NCBI GenBank assembly: GCA_028875655.1
Contig: JAPPCX010000085.1
Location: 9,887-73,886, forward strand
Length of the DNA: 64,000 nt
From: Chloroflexota bacterium
GTDB lineage: Bacteria; Chloroflexota; Dehalococcoidia; Lucifugimonadales; UBA3495
Direction of reading: 5' to 3'
How positions within the stretch are numbered: position 1 is the first letter of the stretch; every line of letters starts with the position of its first letter. The position numbers and the translations under genes are program-made. Below are positions 45,570 through 55,311 of this stretch, in pieces. Under the pieces are notes generated by a model. It did not search any database. It was not told the origin of the DNA and saw only the letters and a list, made by a program, of their open reading frames with translations.

Positions 45570-46118
45570 ATGGCCCGCGTACCTTTCGCCACCAGAGACA
45601 ACATGGACGCCGCCGGACAGGCGGTTTGGGACGAGATTGAAACTTCGCGCGGCGGCGTGCAGCGCAACTATGCCGCCATTCTCAACAACCCCCAGGCGGC
45701 CAGCAACTTCGCCCACTTGGGCGGCTATGTGCGGTTCCAGACTCCGCTGGACCCACGGGTAAAGGCGGTAGCCGTGCTGACGGCGGCGCGGGAAGCGTGC
45801 GGCCACTACGTCTGGACAGTGAACCAGCCGGCCGCCCGCAACGCCGGACTCACCGACGCCGACATCGCAGCCATCCACGAGTACCGCGCGCCCAACGGCC
45901 TGTCGGGCGATGACGCTGCAATATCCGGTTTCGTTATCGAACTGCTGCGCCAGCACCGCGTATCCGACGCCACTTTCGAGGCCGTCCGCGGCATCCTGGG
46001 CGATGCCGGGATCGTGGACATGCTGGTGGTGGTGGCGTACTACCACGGCCTCGCCCACTCGCTGCAAGCGCTGGCGGTGGAGCTGCCGGAGGGGACGGCG
46101 GATGCCTTGACCTACTAG
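45570..46118 (+). CDS. Carboxymuconolactone decarboxylase (AhpD-like) family protein
   Basis: 182 aa, all-helical, with LDPRVKAVAVLTAAREACGHYVWTVN typical of CMD-family proteins. Confidence 0.75.
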   Translation: MARVPFATRDNMDAAGQAVWDEIETSRGGVQRNYAAILNNPQAASNFAHLGGYVRFQTPLDPRVKAVAVLTAAREACGHYVWTVNQPAARNAGLTDADIAAIHEYRAPNGLSGDDAAISGFVIELLRQHRVSDATFEAVRGILGDAGIVDMLVVVAYYHGLAHSLQALAVELPEGTADALTY

Positions 46119-47455
46119 CCGCCGTTTTGCTCTGGCTCGAATTCACTGAGGCAGTTGACGATTACCTCGTTCATGTCGGGGAACTCGTTCTGAACGAATG
46201 ATGACACGAGTCCCTCAATTTTGGATTTCACAGAAGGGTCGTCCCAATTCCCGAAGTCTGATTCGTCCAGGATATTCCACTTGTATTCTTGCAGATGCGT
46301 TACGCCAGTTTGCAAACTGGATTCCCTAGGCTTGAACACCAGCGGATTTTGCCTCACATTCTCAAATAACTTCTTTCTGATTTCCTCGTCTGTTCCAGGA
46401 AGCAGCGCTAAAGCCGGTCCACCAGCATTGACAGGGTTCTGTGGACAATAAAAAACGAAAAGCAGCAACGGGTTTGATTCCTCCCAGTATCTCCCGGTCT
46501 GCTGGGCTCCGTACTTGTCCCAATCCTCAGGGCGGAATCGGATGTAGTCTGGATCCTCTCGATCCAGAATCCAGCCATCGAGTTGGCTGATCGCTTGCTT
46601 GAGTATCCGTTTCATATCCCCCCGGTAATCTGGCTTGTTTTGATATATCAACTCAATCGCTTCTCTGTGCTCCAGGTAGATTTTGCGGGCCAGTTGTGCA
46701 ATGTTAGTATTGGCGTCGGGCACGATATTTCTCCGTAGGGTAGTGGCGTATTGTTGCAAGAAGGCTCGCACGTCTTCTTTGACAGGGTTTGCGGGGTTTG
46801 AGATGGTTTGTTCCACCAGTTGCAGAACAATCTTGTAGTCAGCTGCCGTCCAGTATTTCTGCTCCTCTTCCCGGTAAGGTAGCGTACCCCGGGGTGACAG
46901 GAATACGTAATGCCTGCGCCAATGGGGATAGCGCTCTTTCAGAGCCTCACGATAGCGCGTCAACTGCTCACTGTGTTCCCACGACCATATCTTGTTCTCG
47001 ATTGCGCAGAGGAATTCCTCTGTGTGGTTCAAAACCAGTATGTCCAGATATCCCCATTGACCATCCACCTCATTGACCCATTCCCGATGCACTCTTGTCC
47101 TTGACCAGTCAATGGTATGAAACTCAGCTTGGGCTCCGGTTTGGAGGAGGAAAGACCGGAGGAAGTAATCTCCCAATCCGTGGCTCTGATTAGGGTCCAG
47201 CAGCCAAGCTAGAAAATTGGAATGAAATTCCTCATCATTCGATAGCCTCAGAAAATCCAAAGCGTCGAACTCGGCACGCTGTTCTTCAATCAGGTCGCGC
47301 AGCCGTTTCAAGTCTGGTTCAACGGCAAACTTCTTTAGCGCAGCAATTTGCGCCTGATTCCCTTCAGCCAGCGTTACCTCCAACCGTTCCAAGTCAGGGG
47401 CCACGCCCTCCAGCGCCGCAATCTGTTTTGCCGTTTCGGACTCGTTTGTTTGCAT
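46115..47455 (-). CDS. PD-(D/E)XK nuclease-family protein (446 aa)
   Basis: HSNFLAWLLDPNQSHGLGD ... GYLDILVLNHTEEFLCAIENKIWSWE gives a D...E-x-K core. The gene is AT-richer (counted lines 45% GC). The start is set at ATG 47455. Confidence 0.7.
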   Translation of the reverse strand: MQTNESETAKQIAALEGVAPDLERLEVTLAEGNQAQIAALKKFAVEPDLKRLRDLIEEQRAEFDALDFLRLSNDEEFHSNFLAWLLDPNQSHGLGDYFLRSFLLQTGAQAEFHTIDWSRTRVHREWVNEVDGQWGYLDILVLNHTEEFLCAIENKIWSWEHSEQLTRYREALKERYPHWRRHYVFLSPRGTLPYREEEQKYWTAADYKIVLQLVEQTISNPANPVKEDVRAFLQQYATTLRRNIVPDANTNIAQLARKIYLEHREAIELIYQNKPDYRGDMKRILKQAISQLDGWILDREDPDYIRFRPEDWDKYGAQQTGRYWEESNPLLLFVFYCPQNPVNAGGPALALLPGTDEEIRKKLFENVRQNPLVFKPRESSLQTGVTHLQEYKWNILDESDFGNWDDPSVKSKIEGLVSSFVQNEFPDMNEVIVNCLSEFEPEQNGG

Positions 47456-47573
47456 GATGGTTGCCGACCTGCAAGAATGATGGCGGGACATTCGGCGGTG
47501 CGTCGTTGCCGCCAAGCCGCGCGCGATAATACCATGCCAGAGTGAACCGCGTGAACCGCCCGGGGGAACCGTT

Positions 47574-47891
47574 ATGGCTACGATTACGAAAGACATCACC
47601 GACCAGGTGGCCGCCATCATCGGCGACACGCTCAACGGCTGGTTTCAGCCCCATCTCAACTTCGACCCCATCGTCGTCCGGCAACGCTACGACGACTGGT
47701 ACGGAGAGGACTACCTGGAAGCGTGGATTGTGTGGGAGGGAAACCACGACTACATGGACCATTCCCGTATCAATGACCTACCCTTAGACATTGAGCCGGA
47801 GTTGGACGAGCTGGGCGTCAATCTGAGCGTTCATCAGCACTACGTCGCCAAGTGGGAATGGGATCTTATACATGAGAAATTGCTCAAATGA
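47574..47891 (+). CDS. Hypothetical acidic protein (candidate partner of the HEPN-like protein)
   Basis: 105 aa, Asp/Glu/Trp-rich, with no nucleotidyltransferase (GS...DxD) motif. It overlaps the downstream gene by 4 nt (ATGA). Confidence 0.6.
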   Translation: MATITKDITDQVAAIIGDTLNGWFQPHLNFDPIVVRQRYDDWYGEDYLEAWIVWEGNHDYMDHSRINDLPLDIEPELDELGVNLSVHQHYVAKWEWDLIHEKLLK

Positions 47892-48373
47892 ATCCGCTCG
47901 AACTAATCGCCCTGGCCCGTGTCCTGGTTGACGGTGTTATTGCAGGTGATCTTGATTCGGCTACCCAAACCGAACTGCGTCGCGCCGTTAGTTGCGCCTA
48001 CTATGCCATGTTCCATACCCTGGCGCTGAGCAACGCCAACACCCTGATTGGAGCATCACCGGCTGATCAACAGCGTTGGGCCTGGCAGCAAACTTACCGC
48101 GCCGCCGACCATCGCCCTACCCGTAACAAACTAAGCAGCGCCAGCCTGGGCGGCAGGTTCCCCAGAGCAATTCGCCGATTCGGCGTAGCTTTTGCCGACG
48201 TTCAGCGTGTGCGCCATTCCGCCGATTACGATCCCCACAGCGAATTCTCCGCCACAGACGTGAGCGAATTAATCGACCGGGTTCAAGACGCTATTGCCGC
48301 TTTCATCCAAACCCCAGACGACATACGCCGTGATCTCGCCATACACATTCTGACCAACGTTCGCAGCGACTGA
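47888..48373 (+). CDS. HEPN-like domain protein
   Basis: ELRRAVSCAYYAMFHTLALSNA ... FADVQRVRHSADYD matches the HEPN helix-1 pattern and the R...(A)DY pattern. Confidence 0.55.
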   Translation: MNPLELIALARVLVDGVIAGDLDSATQTELRRAVSCAYYAMFHTLALSNANTLIGASPADQQRWAWQQTYRAADHRPTRNKLSSASLGGRFPRAIRRFGVAFADVQRVRHSADYDPHSEFSATDVSELIDRVQDAIAAFIQTPDDIRRDLAIHILTNVRSD

Positions 48374-48409
48374 CCTCTCTAACCGCCACACTAGACACGG
48401 AGGCTCACC

Positions 48410-49063
48410 ATGCCCGATTACGCGTACCTCGTCCAGATGGACATACCCGCCGAGCACGAGGCTGACTTCAACCGCGTGTACGATACCGAGCACGCCAAGT
48501 ACATCACCAACGCGCCCGGCGTGCATTCCTGCGACCGCTTCCTGCTGAAGTCCACCGACGCGCCCAAGTTTGCCCGCTACGCCGCCTTGTACGGCATAGA
48601 CGTCCCCGGCGTGCCAACCTCCGCCGGCTGGCAGGTCGAGAGCGAGAAGGGCGACTGGGCCACCAAGATACGGCCCCACGCATCAAATCGCACGCATACC
48701 ATCCTCCGGCGCATCGCCGACTCCGGCGACGCTTCCGGCGATGCCGGCTATCTCTTCATCGTGCAGACCGACATTGCCGCCGACGTTGAGGACGAGTTCA
48801 ACCACCTCTACGACACCGTACACCTGTCGGGCCTGTGCGAAGTTGACGGGGTGGTGAGCGCGCGGCGGTATCGGGTGGAGACCACCAACCTGGATGGCCT
48901 CCAGAAGTACGCGGCGATGTACCGCATCACCAGCCCGTCGGTGATCGATTCGGAACCGTGGCTGGCGGCGGTGCAGGACGAATGGACCGCGAAAGTCCGG
49001 GACAAGTGCGTGGGCCTCACTCGCACTATGATGGAATGCGTGGCCAGGCACCCGGCTGCGTAG
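48410..49063 (+). CDS. Hypothetical protein with two tandem DUF4286/EthD-like (alpha/beta barrel) domains
   Basis: The two halves align: YAYLVQMDIPAEHEADFNRVYDTEH...FARYAALYGI against YLFIVQTDIAADVEDEFNHLYDTVH...LQKYAAMYRI. Confidence 0.6.
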   Translation: MPDYAYLVQMDIPAEHEADFNRVYDTEHAKYITNAPGVHSCDRFLLKSTDAPKFARYAALYGIDVPGVPTSAGWQVESEKGDWATKIRPHASNRTHTILRRIADSGDASGDAGYLFIVQTDIAADVEDEFNHLYDTVHLSGLCEVDGVVSARRYRVETTNLDGLQKYAAMYRITSPSVIDSEPWLAAVQDEWTAKVRDKCVGLTRTMMECVARHPAA

Positions 49064-49069
49064 CCTCCA

Positions 49070-49561
49070 ATGGCCGCGAACGTAACCATCCACACCGACG
49101 GGGCCTGCCTGGGGAATCCCGGGCCGGGCGGCTACGGCGTGATTCTGGAACACCAGGGACGGCGCCGGGAGTTGTCTGGCGGCTACGCGCAGACCACCAA
49201 CAACCGCATGGAGTTGTTGGCCGCCATTGTCGGCCTGGAGGCGTTGAACCGGCCTTGCGACGTTACGCTGTACTCCGATTCCCGTTACCTGGTGGACGCG
49301 GTGAGCAAGGGCTGGGCGGTCAAATGGCGCAGCAACGGCTGGATGCGGAACAAGCGCGAGGCGGCGGTCAATCCCGATCTGTGGGAACGGCTGTTGAATC
49401 TGCTGGAACGCCACAATGCCGAGTTCAGGTGGGTGCGCGGGCACAGCGGCGACCCGGACAACGAACGGTGTGATGCGCTGGCTTCCGCGGCGGCACGTGG
49501 TGACAACCTGCCCGCCGACCCTGGCTACCCGCCGGCTGGATTCCCGCTTTCGCGGGAATGA
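49070..49561 (+). CDS. rnhA: Ribonuclease HI
   Basis: [24 protein letters not shown] and the [19 protein letters not shown] motifs. The last ~8 codons and the TGA lie inside a family A repeat. Confidence 0.92.
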   Translation: MAANVTIHTDGACLGNPGPGGYGVILEHQGRRRELSGGYAQTTNNRMELLAAIVGLEALNRPCDVTLYSDSRYLVDAVSKGWAVKWRSNGWMRNKREAAVNPDLWERLLNLLERHNAEFRWVRGHSGDPDNERCDALASAAARGDNLPADPGYPPAGFPLSRE

Positions 49562-49592
49562 CGGTGTGATCAGCGGGAATAACGGTGTATCA
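49538..49592. repeat. Family A repeat copy followed by a direct duplication of its right arm
   Basis: GGATTCCCGCTTTCGCGGGAATGAC at 49538-49562. GCGGGAATGACGGTGTGATCA (49552-49572) is then repeated as GCGGGAATAACGGTGTATCA (49573-49592). Confidence 0.8.
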
Positions 49593-49732
49593 GACGGGAG
49601 TTAAGATGTAGCAGGCGAGAATGACGGGAACTGAACAGGCATGAAAGGAGCGGCCGGTCCCGAGGGGGAGCCGCTGAAGGAGCGGCTCGCTGCCGGTCGC
49701 TGGCTTATGATTGTACCCACCGGACCGCTCGG

Positions 49733-49762
49733 TTGCAACCGATAGTACAGTTTCGCTACAAT
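49733..49762 (+). promoter_or_regulatory. Candidate sigma70-type promoter of the EF-G-like gene
   Basis: TTGCAA, an 18-nt spacer, then TACAAT, about 40 nt upstream of ATG 49803. Confidence 0.4.
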
Positions 49763-49802
49763 CGGGGAATCACATCCCAATGAACCGGAAGAGGTAATCG
49801 CC

Positions 49803-51830
49803 ATGGCTGTATCCGCCAGTACCATCAGAAACGTTGCGCTGCTTTCTCACAGCGGCGCCGGCAAGACTACCCTTGCCGAAACCATGCTGTTCAACGCCAA
49901 GGTGATCAACCGCATTGGCCGGGTTGAGGACGGCAACACCGTCTCCGACTACGAGCCTGAAGAGAACAAGCGCGCCGCCAGCGTGCAGACCAGCCTGCTC
50001 CGGTTCACCGAAGGCGATGATAAGGTCAACCTGCTGGACACTCCCGGCTACGACGAGTTTCTCGGGGAGGCCGTGTCCGCCGTGCGCGTTGTGGAATCGG
50101 CCATGATCCTGGTGGCCGCGCCGACCGGCGTGGACGTTGGAACCGAAAGGGCGTGGGACCTGGCGCGGGGTCGGGACCTGCCCGTCGCCATCGTGCTCAA
50201 CAAGATGGACCGGGAGAACGCCAGCTTTGAGCGCAACGTGCAGGAGATCCAGAGCGTCTTCGGCAGCCAGTGCGTGCCGTTCCAGCTGCCCATCGGCGAG
50301 GCGCAGGACTTCACCGGCCTGGTGAGCGTCATCGACCCGCCGGCCGACATCCCCGCCGGCGTGGTGGGCGACTTCGACGCCGCGCGAGAACGGCTCATCG
50401 AGGCCGTCGCCGAATCCGACGACGCGCTGGCCGACAAGTACCTGGAGGGCGAAGAGATCACCGCCGCTGAGGTAACCGCCGGCGCGCGGGAGGCCATCCG
50501 CAACGGCGATCTGACGCCCATCCTGGTCAGTTCCGCAACGCAGAATATCGGCGTGGAGGAGTTGGTCAAGGTGATGCGGGACTTCCTGCCCTCACCGGCC
50601 GATCTGCCGACCACCTCCGGCGACGCCGACATCGCCGCCGACGCTGCCGGCCCGCTGGCCGCGCTGGTCTTCAAGACCACCTCCGACCCCTTCGTGGGCA
50701 AGCTGTCCATGTTCCGCGTCTTCCGCGGCACGGCCCATTCCAACGGCGAGGTCTATAACAACAATAAGGGAGAGTCCGAACGGCTCGGCCAGTTGTACCT
50801 GCCGCAGGGCAAGAACCAAGACAACGTAGCGGAAGTGGTGGCCGGCGACATCGGCGCAATCGGCAAGCTGAACGCCACCCTGACCGGCGACACGCTGTGC
50901 GCCAACGACAGCCGTGTGACGCTGCCCGGCGTGGAGTTCCCCAAGGGCTTTTACTCGCTGGCGGTGATGCCGGCCACCCAGGCCGACCTGGACAAGATGT
51001 CCACGTCGCTGGCTCGCATCGTGGAAGACGATCCCAGCCTCCAGTTCACCCGCAACCCGGAGACCAGCGAGAGCCTGCTCACCGGCTTGGGCGAGGTACA
51101 GATCGAGGTTGCTCTGGATCGCATCTCCCGCAAGTTTGGCGCCAACCTGAACGTCAAGCTGCCCGTGGTTCCCTACCGCGAGACCATCACGCAGGTGACC
51201 AACTCCGAGTACCGCCACAAGAAGCAGACCGGCGGCAGCGGGCAGTACGGCCACGTGCTGCTGCGCATCGAGCCCATGACGCGCGACGAGGGGTTTGAGT
51301 TCGGCAACGAGGTTGTGGGCGGGCGCGTGCCGCGGGAGTTGATTCCGGCGGTGGAGAAGGGCGTGGTCAACACGTTGAAAGAGGGCGTGCTGGCCGGCTT
51401 CCCGGTGGTGGACCTGAAGGCCGTCATCTACGACGGCAGCACCCACCCGGTGGACGGCAAGCCCATCGCCTTTGAGATCGCCGGCAGCCAGGCGTTGCGC
51501 CAGGGTATGCAGAAGGCGTCGCCCGTGCTGCTGGAACCCATCTTGAGGCTGTACGTCACCGTGCCGGAGAACTACACCGGCGACATCATCAGCGACATGA
51601 ACAGCAAGCGGGGCCGCATCCTGGGCATGAGCCCCGAGACCCGCTACACGGTGATTGAGGCCGAGGTCCCGCAGGCCGAGGTGCAGCACTACTCCCAGGA
51701 CCTGCGCTCCATGACCGGCGGGCGCGGCTCCTACCGCTTCGAGTTCGACCACTACGAACAGGTGCCGCAGAACATCGAGCAGCGGGTGATCGACACTGCC
51801 AAGCAGGCCAAGGAGACGGCGACGGCGTAA
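49803..51830 (+). CDS. Elongation factor G paralog (EF-G2-like translational GTPase)
   Basis: G1 HSGAGKTT, G3 DTPGYDEF, G4 NKMD. At 675 aa it has the five-domain EF-G length. Confidence 0.9.
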   Translation: MAVSASTIRNVALLSHSGAGKTTLAETMLFNAKVINRIGRVEDGNTVSDYEPEENKRAASVQTSLLRFTEGDDKVNLLDTPGYDEFLGEAVSAVRVVESAMILVAAPTGVDVGTERAWDLARGRDLPVAIVLNKMDRENASFERNVQEIQSVFGSQCVPFQLPIGEAQDFTGLVSVIDPPADIPAGVVGDFDAARERLIEAVAESDDALADKYLEGEEITAAEVTAGAREAIRNGDLTPILVSSATQNIGVEELVKVMRDFLPSPADLPTTSGDADIAADAAGPLAALVFKTTSDPFVGKLSMFRVFRGTAHSNGEVYNNNKGESERLGQLYLPQGKNQDNVAEVVAGDIGAIGKLNATLTGDTLCANDSRVTLPGVEFPKGFYSLAVMPATQADLDKMSTSLARIVEDDPSLQFTRNPETSESLLTGLGEVQIEVALDRISRKFGANLNVKLPVVPYRETITQVTNSEYRHKKQTGGSGQYGHVLLRIEPMTRDEGFEFGNEVVGGRVPRELIPAVEKGVVNTLKEGVLAGFPVVDLKAVIYDGSTHPVDGKPIAFEIAGSQALRQGMQKASPVLLEPILRLYVTVPENYTGDIISDMNSKRGRILGMSPETRYTVIEAEVPQAEVQHYSQDLRSMTGGRGSYRFEFDHYEQVPQNIEQRVIDTAKQAKETATA

Positions 51831-51844
51831 ACTCCGCCTAACTC

Positions 51845-51898
51845 GTCATTCCGGCGAAAGCAGGAATCAAGCAGGGGCGGGTTTGAAACCCGCCCTGC
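51845..51898. repeat. Family A repeat (51845-51868) plus a family B-like hairpin (51871-51898) between convergent genes
   Basis: GTCATTCCGGCGAAAGCAGGAATC followed by GCAGGGGCGGGTTTGAAACCCGCCCTGC. Probably acts as a bidirectional terminator. Confidence 0.75.
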
Positions 51899-51902
51899 CT
51901 GA

Positions 51903-53606
51903 TTAAAAGCCCCAGGTGGGTTGGTATTCGCCGTACACTTGGCGGAAGACGCCCATCATCTCGCCCAGGGTGGCCTCCGCTTTGACGGCTTCGATGAGGG
52001 GGTACATGAGGTTGGCGTCGCTGCCGGATTGTCGGGCGGCGGATTCCAGGGCGCGCAGGCGGACGGCGACTTCGCGGCCGTCGCGGCGGCGGCGCACCTC
52101 GTTGAGGTGGGCGACGTGGCGCTGCTCGCCGGCCTCGTCAACGCGCAGGATGGGGATGCTGAGGCTTTCGTTCTCATCCACGTACTCGTTGACGCCCACG
52201 GTGATGCGTTCCAGGCGATCCTCTTCCTGCTGGTAGATGTAGGCGGCGTCGGCAATCTCCCGCTGGAAGAAACCCGACTCCAACGCCGGTATCACGCCGC
52301 CGTGGCGGTCAATCTGCTGGAAGTAGTCGTAGGCGCCAGCCTCCACCTGGTTGGTCAACGCCTCCAGGAAGTAGCTGCCGCCGAGAGGGTCAACGGTGTC
52401 GGTGACGCCGGTCTCGTGGGCAATGATCTGCTGGGTGCGCAGGGCTTGCAGGGCGGCATCCGCCGAGGGCAACGCCCACGCCTCATCCTTGCCGTTGGTG
52501 TGCAGCGACTGGCAACCGCCCAGGACGGCGGCCAGGGCCTGCAACGACACGCGCACCACGTTGTTCTCCGGCTGTTGGGCGGTGAGCGACGCGCCGGAGG
52601 TCTGGGCGTGGAACCGCATCCAGCCGGAGCGTTCGTTCTCCGCGCCGAAGGTCTCTCGCATTTCCCGAGCCCAGATGCGGCGGGCGGATCGGAACTTGGC
52701 GATCTCCTCGAAGAAGTCGTTGTGGACGTTGTAGAAGAAACTCAGGCGGGGGGCAAAGTCGTCCACCGCCATGCCGCGCTCAACGCAGTGGCGCACGTAC
52801 TCGAAACCGTCGGCCAGCGTGAAGGCCAGCTCCTGCACCGCGTTGCTGCCGGCCTCGCGGATGTGATACCCGCTGATGCTGATGGGGTTGAACCGGGGCA
52901 TGTTGTCGGTTGCGAACTCCACCGTATCCACCACCAGGCGCATGGACGGGTCGGGCGGGAATATGTACTCGTTCTGGGCGATGTATTCCTTGAGGATGTC
53001 GTTCTGGAGGGTACCGCCCAGAGACGCCATCTTCGCGCCCTGACGTTCGGCGGCGGCGATGTACATGGCCCAGATGATGGCGGCCGGGCTGTTGATGGTC
53101 ATGGAGGTGGTGACCTGGGCCAGCGGGATGCCGTCGAACACGGTCTGCATATCCTCCAGGCAGGACACCGCGACGCCGCACTTGCCGAACTCGCCGCGCG
53201 CCCGCTCGTCGTCGTGGTCGTAGCCGTAGAGCGTGGGCATGTCGAAGGCGACGCTGAGGCCGGTTTCGCCCTGGTCCAGCAGGAAGCGGAACCGCTCGTT
53301 GGTTTCGGCCGGCTCGCCGAACCCGGCGAACATGCGCATGGTCCAGAGGCGGGAGCGGTAGCCGGTGGGATGCACGCCGCGCAAGTAGGGATACTCGCCG
53401 GGCAGGCCGACGTCGCGCAAGTAGTCGCTGTCGGCGACCTCCGGCGGCCCGTACAGCGGCGCGACCGGGATCTGGCTCAGCGTTTTGTAGACGGACTTCC
53501 GGCCGGGAGCGGCATCAGCGCGCTGCTGCCACTGGGCGGTGCGCTGCTGGATGGCGTCGTTATCGTGTTCGTTGGAGAGAACCATGGGGAGGCTCCTGTT
53601 AATCAT
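51903..53606 (-). CDS. Methylmalonyl-CoA mutase family, catalytic (large, N-terminal) subunit
   Basis: [37 protein letters not shown], and a 567-aa TIM-barrel substrate domain. There is no B12-binding domain in this ORF. Confidence 0.9.
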   Translation of the reverse strand: MINRSLPMVLSNEHDNDAIQQRTAQWQQRADAAPGRKSVYKTLSQIPVAPLYGPPEVADSDYLRDVGLPGEYPYLRGVHPTGYRSRLWTMRMFAGFGEPAETNERFRFLLDQGETGLSVAFDMPTLYGYDHDDERARGEFGKCGVAVSCLEDMQTVFDGIPLAQVTTSMTINSPAAIIWAMYIAAAERQGAKMASLGGTLQNDILKEYIAQNEYIFPPDPSMRLVVDTVEFATDNMPRFNPISISGYHIREAGSNAVQELAFTLADGFEYVRHCVERGMAVDDFAPRLSFFYNVHNDFFEEIAKFRSARRIWAREMRETFGAENERSGWMRFHAQTSGASLTAQQPENNVVRVSLQALAAVLGGCQSLHTNGKDEAWALPSADAALQALRTQQIIAHETGVTDTVDPLGGSYFLEALTNQVEAGAYDYFQQIDRHGGVIPALESGFFQREIADAAYIYQQEEDRLERITVGVNEYVDENESLSIPILRVDEAGEQRHVAHLNEVRRRRDGREVAVRLRALESAARQSGSDANLMYPLIEAVKAEATLGEMMGVFRQVYGEYQPTWGF

Positions 53607-54054
53607 GGATGTCTATTGCCATGATGATGTGGTTAGGGTATTTGGTCAATAAATCGCGGGCAAGCGGTATTTTCGCCGGGTCGGGCGGATGAAAAATGTC
53701 GTAAACGTGGCGCATCAAGTTCAGCCGTTCAACTGGCGTGAAAATTTCGGACGGCCAGCCTCGTTCGTCAGGATCGAGCCGTCGAACCACCGTCACGTTT
53801 CCCGGAACGTCCCTCCACCATTCGTTTTGCATGTCATGGGGCAGGGGTATGTCATCAACAAGTTCCGGGGCCAACTGTCCATTCCAACGACCGCCGATTA
53901 CATACCAACCAATCCGCTCCTGCTTAGGGTCATCCAGAATTGACTCCATAGATAAGCAAGCCGCCGTCATTTCGACAGCGGTAGGAATGGCTTGTTCAGT
54001 CTCAACGTCGGTTACAACCCAAGAATATGAGTGCATGTTGGTATCCAAAAACAT
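53599..54054 (-). CDS. Hypothetical protein
   Basis: About 150 aa with lower GC (counted lines 50-52%). The stop overlaps the mutase start by 8 nt. No family recognised, and the start is uncertain (54054, 54036 or 54081). Confidence 0.5.
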   Translation of the reverse strand: MFLDTNMHSYSWVVTDVETEQAIPTAVEMTAACLSMESILDDPKQERIGWYVIGGRWNGQLAPELVDDIPLPHDMQNEWWRDVPGNVTVVRRLDPDERGWPSEIFTPVERLNLMRHVYDIFHPPDPAKIPLARDLLTKYPNHIIMAIDIHD

Positions 54055-54064
54055 GTTTCGATTA

Positions 54065-55282
54065 TTAGACCAGACGCACAAAGCGCCGCCGTCCGGCGCG
54101 AATCACGTCGCCGGCGCGCAGTTCCGGGGCGTCGCCGGGCGTTACGCTTATTCGCTCGCCGTTGGGGTGGATGATTTCGACGGCGCCCTGGGTGATGAGG
54201 CGGCGGGCTTCGGCGTTGCTGGAGGCCAGGCCGGTTTGGGCGAGTAGGCGGTTCATCGGCAGCTCCGCGATGTCTGACAGGCTGACTTTGGGCATGTCGT
54301 CGGGGAGGTCGCGGCGCTGGACCACTTTCTCGAAGTGGGATTCTGCGGCGCTGGCGGCGTCGGCATCATGGAACACTGCCGTGATGTATCGCGCCAGGCC
54401 CTTCTTGAAGTCCATGGGGTTGGCGGTTTCAGACTCCATTGAGTGTTGCATTTCGGCAATATCAGCGTCGGGCACGTCGGTGAGGTACTCGTAGTAGGAC
54501 GTTATCAGGTTGTCGGGCAAGGACATGAGCTTGCCGTACATTTCCTGGGGCGGCTCTTCCAGCGCGACGTAGTTGCCCAGGCTCTTGCTCATTTTCTGGA
54601 CGCCGTCGGTGCCGACGAGAATGGGCATCATGAAGCACTGCTGGGGAGTCTGGCCCATCATGCCCTGGAGCTCGCGGCCCACCAGCAGGTTAAACATCTG
54701 GTCGGTGCCGCCGAACTCCACGTCGGACTCGATGACCACCGAGTCGTAAGCCTGCATCAGCGGGTAGAGCATTTCGGTGATGGCGATGGGTTGGTTCTGG
54801 GAGTAGCGGTTGGCAAAATCCTCGCGGTGCAGGAACTGGTTGATGGTGAAGCGGCTGGTCAGCTCGATGACGTTGGCCAGGGTGAACTCGCCGAACCACT
54901 GACTCTGCCATTCCACCTGGGTGCGGTCGCGGTCCACCACCTTGAAGAACTGGCGCATGTAGGACTCGGCGTTTTCCAGCACCTCGGCGTGGCTGAGCAT
55001 GGTGCGGGTTGCCGAGCGTCCCGAGGGGTCGCCGATCTGCGCCGTCCAGTCGCCGACGATGAGGATGACCTGGTGGCCAAGGTCCTGGAGCTGGCGCAGC
55101 TTGCGTAACCCAACGACGTGGCCGAGGTGGATGTCGGGCCGGCTGGGGTCGAAGCCCATCTTGAGGCGTAGCGGCTGGCCTCGCCGGAGCATCGCCGTGA
55201 ACTCATCCTCGGAGATGATGCGGCTGACGCCCCGCCGAGTGATGGGGGACAGGTTTTCGGGAATCTCTACTCGACTGGTCAC
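54065..55282 (-). CDS. tyrS: Tyrosine--tRNA ligase
   Basis: HIGH-type motif PDIHLGH, KMSKS present (KMSKSLGN), and a C-terminal S4-like domain. Confidence 0.9.
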   Translation of the reverse strand: MTSRVEIPENLSPITRRGVSRIISEDEFTAMLRRGQPLRLKMGFDPSRPDIHLGHVVGLRKLRQLQDLGHQVILIVGDWTAQIGDPSGRSATRTMLSHAEVLENAESYMRQFFKVVDRDRTQVEWQSQWFGEFTLANVIELTSRFTINQFLHREDFANRYSQNQPIAITEMLYPLMQAYDSVVIESDVEFGGTDQMFNLLVGRELQGMMGQTPQQCFMMPILVGTDGVQKMSKSLGNYVALEEPPQEMYGKLMSLPDNLITSYYEYLTDVPDADIAEMQHSMESETANPMDFKKGLARYITAVFHDADAASAAESHFEKVVQRRDLPDDMPKVSLSDIAELPMNRLLAQTGLASSNAEARRLITQGAVEIIHPNGERISVTPGDAPELRAGDVIRAGRRRFVRLV

Positions 55283-55311
55283 GCTGTTAACCTCGCCGTC
55301 GTCCCGGCCGG

